Shown here: positions 9,810 to 19,803 of the stretch, one piece after another
How the letters are laid out: each line of letters begins with the position of its first letter
Position numbering within the stretch: position 1 is the first letter of the stretch
IMG/VR virus record: IMGVR_UViG_3300035698_027665
Location: 35,354-99,353 of that record
Length of the DNA stretch: 64,000 nucleotides
Direction: 5' to 3' (one strand)
DNA from: a virus
Notes under the pieces: generated by a model
The model's database searches: none
The model's input: only the letters and a program-made list of their open reading frames with translations
What the model was told of the DNA's origin: nothing
Made by a program: the position numbers and the translations under genes

Positions 9810-10560
9810 TTGTTCTATGTTTTTTAACGAATTTGATCTTCTGGACCTTAAAATAGCAGAAGAAATAAATATAGTAGATAAAATAATTTTAGTAGAATCT
9901 ACTAAAACACATTCAAATCAAAATAAAAATTTGTTACTAAAAAACAATCCAAAATATGTTCACCCCAAAATAGAAATTGTAGTCGTAGGAGAAGACTTTT
10001 CTAATTCTAAATTTGATAACGAAGCATCTCAAAGAAACGCCTCAATAAAAGCCATGCAACAGTTGAAAGATGACGATGTTATTATTTCTTGCGATTTAGA
10101 TGAAATATTATGTGAAGAAGATATTTCTAAAGTTGTAGAAAAAACTAAAGAAAAAAAATATATAAAAATCGGAATGAAATCTCATTTTTATAAAATAAAT
10201 CTTTTGTTTGGAACGTGGAAAAGCCCCATTGCAGTAACTGGAAAAGTTTTAAAAGAAAATAAAATGGATTTAACAAAATTGAGACATGATAGAGCAGGCG
10301 TATTAGTAAATACAAACGGTCATCATTTTAGTTATCTAGGCACACCCGAAAATATTAAACTCAAACTTGACAGTTTTAAACATAGCGATGTTTCTTCTAA
10401 AGTTAAAAAAATAGATTGGATAAAAGAAAGAATAGCCAACAAAGAAGACATATTAAAAAGAAAAGGTAGAGTAGGAACAATTGTCCCTATTGATCACACT
10501 TACCCAAAAACTATTTTAAACAATCTAGAACAATGGGAAAAACACATAGAAAAAGAATGA
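9799..10560 (+). CDS. GT17-like glycosyltransferase
   Basis: FFNEFDLL, VES..THS, QRN, CDLDEI, HFSY, SFKH. Confidence 0.8.
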   Translation: MIYSCSMFFNEFDLLDLKIAEEINIVDKIILVESTKTHSNQNKNLLLKNNPKYVHPKIEIVVVGEDFSNSKFDNEASQRNASIKAMQQLKDDDVIISCDLDEILCEEDISKVVEKTKEKKYIKIGMKSHFYKINLLFGTWKSPIAVTGKVLKENKMDLTKLRHDRAGVLVNTNGHHFSYLGTPENIKLKLDSFKHSDVSSKVKKIDWIKERIANKEDILKRKGRVGTIVPIDHTYPKTILNNLEQWEKHIEKE

Positions 10561-10563
10561 AAT

Positions 10564-11322
10564 CTATTTAAAATAGTTTGTATAATCTTCGCTTAATTTA
10601 GAAAAATATTGCTTTTGCCAAAGTCTACCATGCAAAATTTGAATTTCTGGCATGCGTTTCCACCATTCTAAATAAACCTTATCGGAATATTTTTTATCCC
10701 CTTTTGCGGGTTTTACTCTATGCGATTTAGGAGTTGGCATTGAAGGATGTTTCCAATTGTAAGCAAGAGGCAAACTCCCTATGTTCAATTTAGAAGCCCA
10801 TGCAGCCTTTCTAAACGAGTTTTGATCATGGCCTGTCATTTGCGGCGTGTAAACGCTTTGCCAGTCGGAGAACAGGGTACACGCTGTTTTTTTATATAAC
10901 ATTACCCCACAATTGAATTCAGGGAAACAAGCAGGAATAACATGGTCCCTTTTTGACTGTCCACCACTATGTGATAGTGCTATATCATATTTATCTAGTA
11001 GCTGGAACATGTCTTTTATTACAGGTTGAATCACTAATGTGTCATTGTCCAAATATAATGTATTTTCATAAGGAGTTTTTTGCAACGTCTTTATTCTATT
11101 AAGTTTGTATCCACGAGGTTGTGGATCAGGAATTATTTTTTGAACATCAACACCAGAAGGAACAGGCATTCCATTGGCATTTGTGAAAATTGTGATTGGT
11201 ACATCAGGATGAAAGAATTTTATTGATTTTGCTGATATTAAAGCTTCTTTTATATGCTTCCCTTGACCAGATGACACTTCTGCTATAAAAATTACGCCAT
11301 TCATAGGATTATATATTAACAT
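10564..11322 (-). CDS. GT8-like nucleotide-diphospho-sugar transferase
   Basis: TLYLDNDT, FNCGVM, DQ.SFR, YN. Confidence 0.75.
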   Translation of the reverse strand: MLIYNPMNGVIFIAEVSSGQGKHIKEALISAKSIKFFHPDVPITIFTNANGMPVPSGVDVQKIIPDPQPRGYKLNRIKTLQKTPYENTLYLDNDTLVIQPVIKDMFQLLDKYDIALSHSGGQSKRDHVIPACFPEFNCGVMLYKKTACTLFSDWQSVYTPQMTGHDQNSFRKAAWASKLNIGSLPLAYNWKHPSMPTPKSHRVKPAKGDKKYSDKVYLEWWKRMPEIQILHGRLWQKQYFSKLSEDYTNYFK

Positions 11323-12079
11323 GGAAATAGATTACAATACAAACTGTTTTGAGGGATCATGGAAGGTAATGTTACAAACTAACTACCTTGAAGAAACAAT
11401 AAAAAACAATAAAATAAATTTTGATAAGAAAAATTTGTGGATTAACAATGTAGAAGATTGGGATGAGGTTGCCCATTACGCACAGAAAGCTGTAGATAAA
11501 GGAGTATTGACAAACTTTTATAATTGTGAAGATTATATTGAAGAAGCAATGGCTCATTTCGATGTTAATCGATCCGATAAATCTTTAGGTAGAGGGTACC
11601 CATATTCAGTTGGGAGTTTATGTGCGATTTACAATTGTAAAAAAGAATGGATGTTGTACTTTACTGATGATGCATATGTCCCGTTTGAAGTAGATTGGAT
11701 ACCAGAAACTGTAAAATTCATAGAAGAAACTCCAAAGGTTAGATTTGGTAATTTGATGTGGGGTAGAGGAATAGAAAAGATAAGTTGGCCTACTGTCAAA
11801 AGAGAGGCATACTATGAAACATCTGATTATTTTGTAGGTTATGGATTTTCCGATCAATGTTATTTGGCGAAAACAGATTTGCTTAAAAATTTAGATTATA
11901 ATATGAGTCATAAACTATCAGATAGAAGATTTTCCAAACAAAGAAAACCGGGTACCTCTTTTGAAAAAAGGATAGAAGCTTGGAAGTTAAACAATGATGC
12001 TCATAGAGCGACGTTTAAAAATGGATTTTATGTACATGCTTCTGTTATGAACTCTAGAAAAAAAAGGATGGCAAAATGA
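11321..12079 (+). CDS. Putative GT-A fold glycosyltransferase
   Basis: YFTDD motif, FSDQCYL, context in glycan cluster. Confidence 0.5.
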   Translation: MEIDYNTNCFEGSWKVMLQTNYLEETIKNNKINFDKKNLWINNVEDWDEVAHYAQKAVDKGVLTNFYNCEDYIEEAMAHFDVNRSDKSLGRGYPYSVGSLCAIYNCKKEWMLYFTDDAYVPFEVDWIPETVKFIEETPKVRFGNLMWGRGIEKISWPTVKREAYYETSDYFVGYGFSDQCYLAKTDLLKNLDYNMSHKLSDRRFSKQRKPGTSFEKRIEAWKLNNDAHRATFKNGFYVHASVMNSRKKRMAK

Positions 12080-12633
12080 TTTTTGTACACGTACACAAAA
12101 CAGGTGGGCAAAGCATTCAGTCTGCCCTAAAAGGCAGAATAGAAAAAACAGGGCATACTATAGCTTCTGAAATAATTAAAGACATAGGAATTAATGGATG
12201 GAATTCAAATTTCACATTCTGTTTTGTTAGAAATCCTTGGGATAGAGTGGTATCTGTGTATCATTTTTACAAAAAGAAAAGAATTACAAAAGGGAAGCCA
12301 TATGAGGAAGACTTTGAAACATGGCTGAAAGACTGGATAAAAGTTTCAAAACCTTTGCATAAAAAACACCGTTTTATTAGAAATGCACCACAATGTCATT
12401 GGATGTTCGAAGGAGATAAACAATTAGTTAATTTCATAGGAAGATTTGAAAATCTTAACAAAGATTTTCAAAAAATATGCGAAATAAACAACTTTAAGTC
12501 TATGCCTAAACTTGAACATAAAAACAAAACCGAACACAAACATTATAGTGAATACTATAACGATAACACCAGAAAATTGATATATGAATACCATAAAGAA
12601 GATGTAGAAAGATTAAATTACAGTTTTGTATAA
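12076..12633 (+). CDS. Sulfotransferase family 2 protein
   Basis: FVHVHKTGGQSI, FVRNPWDRVVS, GRFENL..DF. Confidence 0.85.
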   Translation: MIFVHVHKTGGQSIQSALKGRIEKTGHTIASEIIKDIGINGWNSNFTFCFVRNPWDRVVSVYHFYKKKRITKGKPYEEDFETWLKDWIKVSKPLHKKHRFIRNAPQCHWMFEGDKQLVNFIGRFENLNKDFQKICEINNFKSMPKLEHKNKTEHKHYSEYYNDNTRKLIYEYHKEDVERLNYSFV

Positions 12634-12705
12634 AGTTTCATCTGATGCTTTTTAAATAAAAACCTTTCAATCTAGATTTTTCTATAAGCCAATGTTTAAA
12701 ACTTC

Positions 12706-12733
12706 TTGTTTTATGCATTTATGGAAGTATAAT
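12706..12733 (+). promoter_or_regulatory. sigma70-like promoter TTGTTT-N16-TATAAT
   Basis: Upstream of DUF262 gene. Confidence 0.55.
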
Positions 12734-12765
12734 GAAAAACATCGGCTGATATATCAGGATAATAA

Positions 12766-14118
12766 ATGAAAACTTTAAATCAAAAAATATTAAAAAAACA
12801 TGAAGTTAAAACCCGTTCTCTAGAAGAAGTTATTAAAAGATTCCCTTCATGGTATGATCCAAATGCGCCATATCAAAGAAACAAAGTTTGGTCAAAAAGA
12901 CTAAAAAAATCTTTAATAGAATCTATTTTAGCCGGGTTACCTATTGGTCCAGTACATCTAGTCCCTAAAGAAGAAAAGGGAGCTACTTCTTGGATCATAG
13001 ACGGAAAACAAAGATTGTCTTCTATTGATTCTTTTACAAAAAACGAATTCGATATCATGTGGGACGAAAAAAAATTAAATTGGAATATATTACAAAAGAA
13101 TGAAAATCAATATCTTTTAGAAAGATTTCAAACATATCAAATGAGTTTGATAATTTGGCCTTCAATGTCTCTTTTGACGCAAAAAGAAATTTTTGAAATG
13201 ATCAATACTTATGAAAAACTAAGCACTGCTGAAAAAATATATTGCCCTAATTTTCTTTCTCAATCTTTGTTTGAATATATTTATAAAAACTGTTTTTCGG
13301 GACTTGCAAAGCATGCAAGAGGCGAAATGAGATTAAACAAGAGGTTTTCTGGAATATATTGGACTCATAAAATTTCTGTAATTGCATGGGGAGCAATATT
13401 GAATGACAAATGGGCGACTAGAAAAATAGATTTTACAAACATTAAAAGATCAGCAGTTGAGATAAATGAATCTCTTTGTAAATACTTCACAGAAAAAGGC
13501 AATCTTGAAGAATTCAAAAGCGATTTGATAACAAAAAATGTAATAGAAGATTTAGGCTACAAAAGTCAAATCAACTTCATGAAAAAAATAAACGACGCTA
13601 TAGTTTATTGTATTGACTATAGAGGCGATTTGCCGAAACAAATTCCTTCTGTAGATTTAACTGATATAGCTGTTGGTTTTTACAAAAAAGCTCAAGATAT
13701 GGTAATAACCGCTTCTTTCATTAAAGAAAACGCAGAATTGTTTCATGATTTTATTATACGCTTCATATCTGAAAAGAAACAAGAAATAGAACTGTCACGC
13801 CATACTACAGATAAAAACAGTATTGAAATTAGAAACGGATTATTTAATAAACTTTTTGATCAATTGGAAATAGATAAAACAAAAAAAAATAAGCCTATTC
13901 CTCCTGTGAATAGGGCATTAGCTTTACTAAAAGCAGATACACAATGCCCTATTACTGGCGAGGAATTAACTCCCAAAAACACTCAAATAGATCATGTGCT
14001 TCCGAAATCAAAATATGGACATACAGATTACAAAGCTGTTTCATCAACTGGCAATAGGAATAAGTCTAATCATACAGAGAACTCTATTGAAAAAATAAGT
14101 TCTTACATGAAGTCTTAA
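12766..14118 (+). CDS. DUF262 (ParB/Srx-like) plus C-terminal HNH protein, GmrSD-like
   Basis: PYQRNKVW, LIESIL.G.PI, IIDGKQRL, FEMIN; C-term IDHVLPKS...N..K.N. Confidence 0.8.
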   Translation: MKTLNQKILKKHEVKTRSLEEVIKRFPSWYDPNAPYQRNKVWSKRLKKSLIESILAGLPIGPVHLVPKEEKGATSWIIDGKQRLSSIDSFTKNEFDIMWDEKKLNWNILQKNENQYLLERFQTYQMSLIIWPSMSLLTQKEIFEMINTYEKLSTAEKIYCPNFLSQSLFEYIYKNCFSGLAKHARGEMRLNKRFSGIYWTHKISVIAWGAILNDKWATRKIDFTNIKRSAVEINESLCKYFTEKGNLEEFKSDLITKNVIEDLGYKSQINFMKKINDAIVYCIDYRGDLPKQIPSVDLTDIAVGFYKKAQDMVITASFIKENAELFHDFIIRFISEKKQEIELSRHTTDKNSIEIRNGLFNKLFDQLEIDKTKKNKPIPPVNRALALLKADTQCPITGEELTPKNTQIDHVLPKSKYGHTDYKAVSSTGNRNKSNHTENSIEKISSYMKS

Positions 14119-14696
14119 ATTATTTTTATTTGATTGGAGAAATCCACTAAACCAGAACCAGACCAATGTCCTACATCTGTTAGATCGTATTTGGTTTCTT
14201 CTATAGACTCCCAAAATTTTTTCATGTTGCCAAGTCTCTTTAAATAGATATCGTCTAGTAATAGTACACCAGTCCATTTGAGATCGCACAGAGCTTTGTA
14301 GAACTTCATTTCGTCTTTGCCATTATGGGTAATGTCTAATAATATAAATTTAGATTTGCTTACTAATTCTTGAAATTTTTCATTTTCATCTAGACTGGTA
14401 GCGTCGTAAGCAATGGGGATTACAGGGTAGGGATGAAATTTTTTCGCTTTAAACTTTTGTTTGTAATCAATTGTATAAACCGTGTTTTTTTTATTCAAAG
14501 CTAGTGATAATGCACTTGCTCCCAAAAAAGTTCCTATGTCTAGTAGAGTTTCCCCTTCAAACCAATTAGATATATAATGTAACAATTTATAGTGTTCTCT
14601 ATCTTTATGTAAATATTTATTCGCCTTTACAGGGAGAAGGTTGAAAACTGGTGACAAATCTATTTTTTTTATATCTTTTTTATATAAGCTATACAT
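14115..14696 (-). CDS. Class I SAM methyltransferase (Methyltransf_24-like)
   Basis: LDIGTFLGASA, LDITH, LLDDI. Confidence 0.8.
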   Translation of the reverse strand: MYSLYKKDIKKIDLSPVFNLLPVKANKYLHKDREHYKLLHYISNWFEGETLLDIGTFLGASALSLALNKKNTVYTIDYKQKFKAKKFHPYPVIPIAYDATSLDENEKFQELVSKSKFILLDITHNGKDEMKFYKALCDLKWTGVLLLDDIYLKRLGNMKKFWESIEETKYDLTDVGHWSGSGLVDFSNQIKII

Positions 14697-14727
14697 GAAA
14701 ATATATAGTGTTTTATGTTTTCAACTA

Positions 14728-14735
14728 TATAAATA
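14728..14735 (+). promoter_or_regulatory. T4-type late promoter TATAAATA
   Basis: Exact motif 5 nt before ATG 14741. Confidence 0.6.
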
Positions 14736-14740
14736 AAATA

Positions 14741-15883
14741 ATGAATAATTTAGATTTGCAAAAAAGTATAGAAGATAGATTGTATAAATATATTGATTTA
14801 TTAGATTTAATGATATGCAAACGGTGTATATATTTCCGTTCAGGAGAAAGTAAAAAATGGACAAACCACCATCAAGGAAAACTTTCAATTGAGTTTTCAC
14901 AAAACAATAAAGTAGAAGAAAAATATATTGACAATTGGATAAAAGATACGGGGCATGGCCTTTTACATTGCTTTCTTACAGGATTTTTTGCCTATGGCGA
15001 ATTGCTCAAAAAAAAGAGTTATGACGACATCGTTAAAGATATATGCAAGGGGGCTTTTGAGGATAATGATTTCGAAAAGCTAACTGCAAGTTGTTTATTG
15101 CACGATTTGGTAAAATGCACAGATGGGCATGACGCCCATGATGTTAAATTAAAAAAATATTATCCAAATTTATTATCAGAGACATACACTCACACTAATC
15201 CATTAAGCGATTCTTTATTGACTATAGGAGACAGGATAGAATTAAGAAGATATTCAGACTGGAAAGAATGGTCTACTATTGACATAGAAAAATACAACTC
15301 TTTTAATGTTGAGGAAATAGAACATTTTTACAAAACAATTCGCCCTGCATTGTGCAATCTTTTTGCTCATCGTTATGATTTATGGATCAGGCACGGAGCA
15401 GAAGGTAAAACTAATTTTGGGAAAAACAATTTTTTCCCACAAGTTTTAGATCATGAAATAAAAAGACAAAATTTAAAACTAGTCAGTATGGAATCGTGTA
15501 AACTTTTTACTTTTACTTCTATAGATTTTCCTAATTCTAATTGTATTTTAGACCATTCTAAAACTTGGTGTCCTAGAGGGCTGCTACCATTGAAAACCGT
15601 CAAAAAATATGAATTTAAATGCATTCCATGTAAGACACATGCAGGTAGAGATAGAGATTTGACTGGTGGAATTGTAAAAGGTCGAGATCATATAGGAATA
15701 GATGATTTAAAAATACCTTTAAATGAATGGGTGTTCTTTTATGATTATAAAAATACACCTAAAACAAAAAATGCAGATTTAGAAGATTTAGTATCTAACA
15801 CAATGGGCCTAGAAGAAAAATTGGCAATAAGGATTTTAAATTGTACCGAAAAAATCATTGAAAGAATAAAGATTTTATTATGA
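14741..15883 (+). CDS. HD-domain-like metal-dependent hydrolase
   Basis: HG..H, LLHD, H, D pattern. Confidence 0.5.
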   Translation: MNNLDLQKSIEDRLYKYIDLLDLMICKRCIYFRSGESKKWTNHHQGKLSIEFSQNNKVEEKYIDNWIKDTGHGLLHCFLTGFFAYGELLKKKSYDDIVKDICKGAFEDNDFEKLTASCLLHDLVKCTDGHDAHDVKLKKYYPNLLSETYTHTNPLSDSLLTIGDRIELRRYSDWKEWSTIDIEKYNSFNVEEIEHFYKTIRPALCNLFAHRYDLWIRHGAEGKTNFGKNNFFPQVLDHEIKRQNLKLVSMESCKLFTFTSIDFPNSNCILDHSKTWCPRGLLPLKTVKKYEFKCIPCKTHAGRDRDLTGGIVKGRDHIGIDDLKIPLNEWVFFYDYKNTPKTKNADLEDLVSNTMGLEEKLAIRILNCTEKIIERIKILL

Positions 15884-16470
15884 ATATATTTAAATACGAA
15901 TCATATAAAGAATATAAAGAAAATCAAGTTAAAGCAAATAAAAGGAAATTAGATAGGATTTGGGCTTTAGAAGAACCAATAATTTTTATTTCAGACTATA
16001 TCAAAAAGAACATTCCAGATGCTGAACAGGGAATATGTCATGGCGTGCGAAATGGGTGGGAAGTGGAAAAATTTAAGAAATATTTGGATTTTAAGATAAC
16101 AGGAACTGAACTGTCTGATACTGCAAATTCTTTTGAAAATGTCATAGAATGGGATTTTCATCAAACAAAAGATGATTGGCTGGATTCTATAGACTTTATT
16201 TATTCAAACTCTTTAGATCACAGCTACAAGCCTGAATTTTGCGTGCAACAATGGCTTAAATGCTTGAAGCCTGAAATTGGCAGGTGTTTTATCGAATGGG
16301 GAAAAAGCCATAATAAAGGATTTGGAAAAGTAGATTGTTTTAGCGCAGACAAGAAGGACTATGAACAAATAATATCTTCTGTAGGAGAAATAGAAGACGT
16401 TATTAATATCACATCTAAATGCAGAACTCAAGGAACAAGAAAAACATGCATCTTCATTGTAAAGCGTTAA
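15880..16470 (+). CDS. Methyltransferase-like protein
   Basis: CHGVRNG.E, DF, FIYSNSLDH. Confidence 0.65.
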   Translation: MNIFKYESYKEYKENQVKANKRKLDRIWALEEPIIFISDYIKKNIPDAEQGICHGVRNGWEVEKFKKYLDFKITGTELSDTANSFENVIEWDFHQTKDDWLDSIDFIYSNSLDHSYKPEFCVQQWLKCLKPEIGRCFIEWGKSHNKGFGKVDCFSADKKDYEQIISSVGEIEDVINITSKCRTQGTRKTCIFIVKR

Positions 16471-17353
16471 TTTGCCTTATTACTTCGTCAACCGTTAACT
16501 CTTTCATGCATTTCATGTCGTATGGACATCCTGATCTGTTACCGTCAAAAACCGTTTTTCCGTCAATTTTTTTGAATTGACATGGTTTGCATGGAAGGCT
16601 AAGACCGATAGCATGTGCGTTTGGAGAAATAGGTTTATTTTTAACAATTGACGATGGGCCGAAAATAATATAAGTAGGAACGCCAGTTGCAGCAGCAACA
16701 TGCGATAATCCTCCGTCATTTCCTATGAACATTTTGCAATTAGATATATAAGACGCCATTTCCATTAAACTTCCGGTACGAAAACGAACGTTTTCTGGCC
16801 AACTCCAAGGTTTCTTAATCCATGTAGGATCACCATGAGATTTTATATCTTCTTCTTTTCCAACTATTGTTACTTTTTCAAATCTTTCTGCTAGCGAATC
16901 GTACTTATCCCATCTTTTCATTGCCCAATTTGGTTTCGAACCGGGATAAAGAACAACCGCATTATTCAGATTGTCTTTTTTTGTTGATACATTTATTTCA
17001 GGGTTAGGCAGTAATGGAGTTGGGTATATCCCCATTTGTAATGCTAAATCATAATATACTTCTGTTTCTGGTATATGTTGAGCGTAGTTTATTTGATAAG
17101 AATAATATTTATCTACATTGTATTTTTTATTAGGAGTGAACGGTCCTCTTAATTGTATGTCGTATTTTGTGTCTGGAGCTTTATTTATAAAAACCTCCCC
17201 TACGCAAGACAAATTCAATATTTCTGCAAGATCAGATGAGCTATTACAAAACAATAATAAATCAACGTGATGGCTCTCTGCAACTAGTTTTATAGTTGGT
17301 GTAGCTTGGATGATGTTCCCGATTCCGCCGCCTAATGTAAATAAAATTTTCAT
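16454..17353 (-). CDS. GT9 (heptosyltransferase-like) glycosyltransferase
   Basis: GGIGN, PGS...KRW, GNDGGLSHVAAA, FGPS, CKPC. Confidence 0.85.
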   Translation of the reverse strand: MKILFTLGGGIGNIIQATPTIKLVAESHHVDLLLFCNSSSDLAEILNLSCVGEVFINKAPDTKYDIQLRGPFTPNKKYNVDKYYSYQINYAQHIPETEVYYDLALQMGIYPTPLLPNPEINVSTKKDNLNNAVVLYPGSKPNWAMKRWDKYDSLAERFEKVTIVGKEEDIKSHGDPTWIKKPWSWPENVRFRTGSLMEMASYISNCKMFIGNDGGLSHVAAATGVPTYIIFGPSSIVKNKPISPNAHAIGLSLPCKPCQFKKIDGKTVFDGNRSGCPYDMKCMKELTVDEVIRQINALQ

Positions 17354-17390
17354 TTTATTTATAGTAGTAACGACAGGGATAAATAAAATT

Positions 17391-17582
17391 ATGGATTACG
17401 AAGGATCGGGACAGTTAGGCATTACAGGTGGAGCATCGTATTGTTACGATGATTCTAATTCTTCAACTATCAGTGTTGTAACAACATTCGAATCTATTGA
17501 TCTGCATCACGTTCAAGAAAGTATTGCATATAAACTAATTTTGCTTAAAAACAAAGTTAAAACAGGCAGGTGTGTTGTATGA
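17391..17582 (+). CDS. Hypothetical protein
   Basis: TAAATA motif just upstream of ATG. Confidence 0.5.
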   Translation: MDYEGSGQLGITGGASYCYDDSNSSTISVVTTFESIDLHHVQESIAYKLILLKNKVKTGRCVV

Positions 17583-17929
17583 ACTTTTCCTACATATCTT
17601 CTGGTGCTTTTTCTTTAGGAGGATGCAGTTCTCCAATTGTGTTAACTCAAAATTTTTATATAAAATTTGCTGTAGGATCAATGGTGTACATAAAAGCAAA
17701 AGCCGAAATTGGAAAATTGGAAAAAATAATAATAAAAAAAGTTAATAGAAACACGTTAAACAATACGCAATATTCAGGAGTATCCCCAACAATTGTTTAT
17801 ATAGATTCTTTAAATGGAGCTTGGCTAGAGAATGAGTTGTGTTGGGAAGCTATGGCATTAAGTTTGAGCATAGATTATTACGAAGAATTAGCACAATATA
17901 ATACGAATTTAGTAATGCAGTGTAAATAG
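17579..17929 (+). CDS. Hypothetical protein
   Basis: ATGA-coupled ORF. Confidence 0.55.
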   Translation: MNFSYISSGAFSLGGCSSPIVLTQNFYIKFAVGSMVYIKAKAEIGKLEKIIIKKVNRNTLNNTQYSGVSPTIVYIDSLNGAWLENELCWEAMALSLSIDYYEELAQYNTNLVMQCK

Positions 17930-17943
17930 AATATAGAGGTTAT

Positions 17944-19335
17944 ATGAAAAAAGAAATAAATCCAGTTGGCAAAGTAGCCGAAAATGAAAAAATAGAATTA
18001 ATAGTGCAAAACTTAAAAGAAGTTTGGGACAATGATTCTAAAATAAGCACAAAAGAAAAAAAAATAAAGGCGACACACTATATGCTTGCCTCTACTGATG
18101 AGTTGATAAAAGAGGCAGAATCATTAGAAGTAGAAGGACAAGATAAAAAAGCTACTGTTCTAAATGCTTTAGACACAATTTATGATTATGTCGCTAAAGG
18201 GCTTGTGCCTTTTTTGATGAAACCTTTTTCTAAAGTTATTAAAAATTTCTTTTTAAATGTCGTGATTTCTTATGCTATTGATTGGTTTGTCGAGAAATAC
18301 AATGTCAATGAATGGGGAGAACCCAATGTTAAAGAAAGCGAAAACGTTATAACTATAGAGAACCCCGATGTCGAGATACAATCTTCGAATAAACCAAAAG
18401 ACTTTTGCAGTTTGTTCCCATTTGAAGTCAAAGAAGTTGTGACATTACAATCAGCAAAACAACAATCTGGTTGGGGTATTAGTGCCTTCGAACTTCCTAA
18501 AGCTTGGGAGTTTTCCGAAGGCGAAGGGGTGACTATAGCAGTTATAGATACGGGATGTGATTTGGATCATCCTGATTTGAAAAATAATTTGTTACCCGGA
18601 AGAAACTTTATAAATGCTAGAAAACAACCTCAAGATGACAATGGTCATGGTACGCATGTTGCAGGTATAATAGCTGCCATAAATAATACCATTGGAATGG
18701 TAGGAGTTGCACCAAAAGCTAAAATAATTCCTATAAAAGTATTAGATAAAGACGGCAATGGGAGCATGTCAAATGTAGCTAAAGCAATTAATTGGGCGGT
18801 AGACAGGAATGTAGACATTATTTCCATGTCTTTAGGTTCTCCAAGACCGCTAAGAAACGTTAGAATAGCCATTAAAGAAGCTGCAAAAAAAGGAATTCCT
18901 GTTTTTTGCGCTGCTGGAAATGCTGGTCGTACAAAAGAAGTTTATTATCCTGCGGCATATCCAGAGACAATAGCAATTGGCAGTATTGATAAAGATTATA
19001 AACGTTCAGATTTTTCTAATACTGGAAAAAATTTGGATTTCATGGCCCCCGGTGGCGATGTATTTTCAACAGTTCCAGATGATTGGTACGCAATCATGTC
19101 AGGAACATCTATGGCTGCACCTTTTGCTGTTGGTGTATCTGCATTGTTGCTTTCATATTCAAAGAACAACAATAATAAATATTCTTTGAAAAATGTAGAC
19201 GATTACAGAAGAATATTGAGAAAATACTGTACTCCTATTAGTGATCCAAAATTTGCAGGCGATCATTTCTTTGAAGGATATGGAATTATTGATCCAAGAA
19301 AAATTAAACAATGGGCCGAAAAAAACATGTTATAA
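17944..19335 (+). CDS. Subtilisin-family (S8) serine protease with N-terminal helical domain
   Basis: VIDTG, HGTHVAG, AAGN, SGTSMAAP. Confidence 0.92.
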   Translation: MKKEINPVGKVAENEKIELIVQNLKEVWDNDSKISTKEKKIKATHYMLASTDELIKEAESLEVEGQDKKATVLNALDTIYDYVAKGLVPFLMKPFSKVIKNFFLNVVISYAIDWFVEKYNVNEWGEPNVKESENVITIENPDVEIQSSNKPKDFCSLFPFEVKEVVTLQSAKQQSGWGISAFELPKAWEFSEGEGVTIAVIDTGCDLDHPDLKNNLLPGRNFINARKQPQDDNGHGTHVAGIIAAINNTIGMVGVAPKAKIIPIKVLDKDGNGSMSNVAKAINWAVDRNVDIISMSLGSPRPLRNVRIAIKEAAKKGIPVFCAAGNAGRTKEVYYPAAYPETIAIGSIDKDYKRSDFSNTGKNLDFMAPGGDVFSTVPDDWYAIMSGTSMAAPFAVGVSALLLSYSKNNNNKYSLKNVDDYRRILRKYCTPISDPKFAGDHFFEGYGIIDPRKIKQWAEKNML

Positions 19336-19368
19336 AAAAAGTCCGCCATTGGCGGACTTTTTTTATAA
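19330..19368. terminator. Bidirectional terminator, perfect 19-bp inverted repeat
   Basis: ttataaaaaaagtccgcca-t-tggcggactttttttataa between convergent genes. Confidence 0.9.
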
Positions 19369-19803
19369 ATTATCCATGAAATCTTCAAACACTTTTTTCA
19401 ACTTTTCTTTTATTTCTAGAGCGTCTTCCACAGAAGAATTGTTTAATTGCAACTCTAATTCTTTTTTGTCTTTGTTTATATTTTCTATTTTGCGTATCTT
19501 GTCGTCTATTTCTTTTGCTTTTTCGTATTTTTCTTCATGTAATATTTTTTCAAGCTTGTTTTTCAAAAAACTCAAATATGAATCTATCCCCTTTTCAGCA
19601 AAAGATTTAGGATATTCGTCTTCTCCATTTAAAAAAGAAAATCCATCAATGCTAACTTCATTCATTTTTTCTGTAAGAAAATAATTTTCCGCACATAATT
19701 TGCAACATTTTACGTTTTTTACTACTTCTCCGTTTATGAAATCGTAAATAGGGATGTTTTTGCTTTCACTACATGGTTTGTTTTTTATTGGACAATCACT
19801 CAT
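19363..19803 (-). CDS. McsA-like protein (Cys-rich N-terminus plus UVR coiled-coil motifs)
   Basis: C..C, CKLCA, L...L..EKYEKAKEI.D.I. Confidence 0.6.
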   Translation of the reverse strand: MSDCPIKNKPCSESKNIPIYDFINGEVVKNVKCCKLCAENYFLTEKMNEVSIDGFSFLNGEDEYPKSFAEKGIDSYLSFLKNKLEKILHEEKYEKAKEIDDKIRKIENINKDKKELELQLNNSSVEDALEIKEKLKKVFEDFMDNL

